Assembly (NCBI GenBank): GCA_964016885.1
Contig: CAXHJY010001571.1
Location: 124,001-188,000, forward strand
Source: Eledone cirrhosa
Lineage: Eukaryota
Direction of reading: 5' to 3'
Length of the DNA stretch: 64,000 nt
Position 1 is the first letter of the stretch; each line of letters starts with the position of its first letter. Shown here one piece after another: positions 63,846 through 64,000 of this stretch. Below the pieces are notes generated by a model. It did not search any database and was not told where the DNA came from. It worked only from the letters and a program-made list of their open reading frames with translations. The position numbers and the translations under genes are program-made.

Positions 63846-64000
63846 GTAGAAGAAGAGAGCAAAAGGAAGAAAGGAGCACTTGCAAAACACGCTCCTGGAG
63901 TTGAGGGTTGCTCTATCGACGGGGTATTAAACAACCCATTTGTGGCGCCTCTCCCCTATTGGGGATTTCGATTGTTGTAATTGTTTGCTTTTATATTTTT

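Larger units (their letters stand above)
57982..64000 (+). mobile_element. Non-LTR retrotransposon, L1 group, probably Tx1 clade; near full-length, inactivated; 3' end probably beyond the window
   Basis: ORF1 with a CCHC knuckle is followed by ORF2 (APE endonuclease, RT, C-terminal zinc finger). Tx1-type motifs include GPGY[W]KL, QTCAIP.RSI.DN, LDQSKAFDRVDH and GGLGMP. The 5' boundary is uncertain (between 57982 and ~58520). No poly(A) or TSD is visible. Confidence 0.9.

Noticed and set aside
58508-63934. Minus-strand and alternate-frame ORFs overlapping the retrotransposon
   Set aside because: They are shadow ORFs of ORF1 and ORF2 with no recognisable motifs.

Overview
This is eukaryotic genomic DNA, probably from a mollusc or cephalopod (inferred from a CORE-type tRNA-SINE relic and dense microsatellites). 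No intact host gene is evident. Bases 1 to ~54,856 are one tandem array of a 21-bp C-free unit (GGTGGTAGTGGTAATGTTGTT, ~2,600 copies). Its variant units form nested higher-order repeats of 924 bp, 2,961 bp, 3,127 bp, ~5 kb, ~8.3 kb and ~20 kb. The giant ORFs in the track are translations of this array. One frame the track misses, the + strand (NVVGGSG)n frame, matches the NxVxG heptad of beta-solenoid ice-binding proteins, but ten 1-bp deletions interrupt it. To the right lie a degenerate GGT-rich block, a 200-bp unique island, GA and CA/TA simple repeats, a SINE relic, (TA)18 and a 530-bp leader rich in palindromes and hairpins. The window ends with a near full-length, inactivated Tx1-clade non-LTR retrotransposon (ORF1 with CCHC knuckle; ORF2 with APE, RT and zinc finger) that runs to the window edge.
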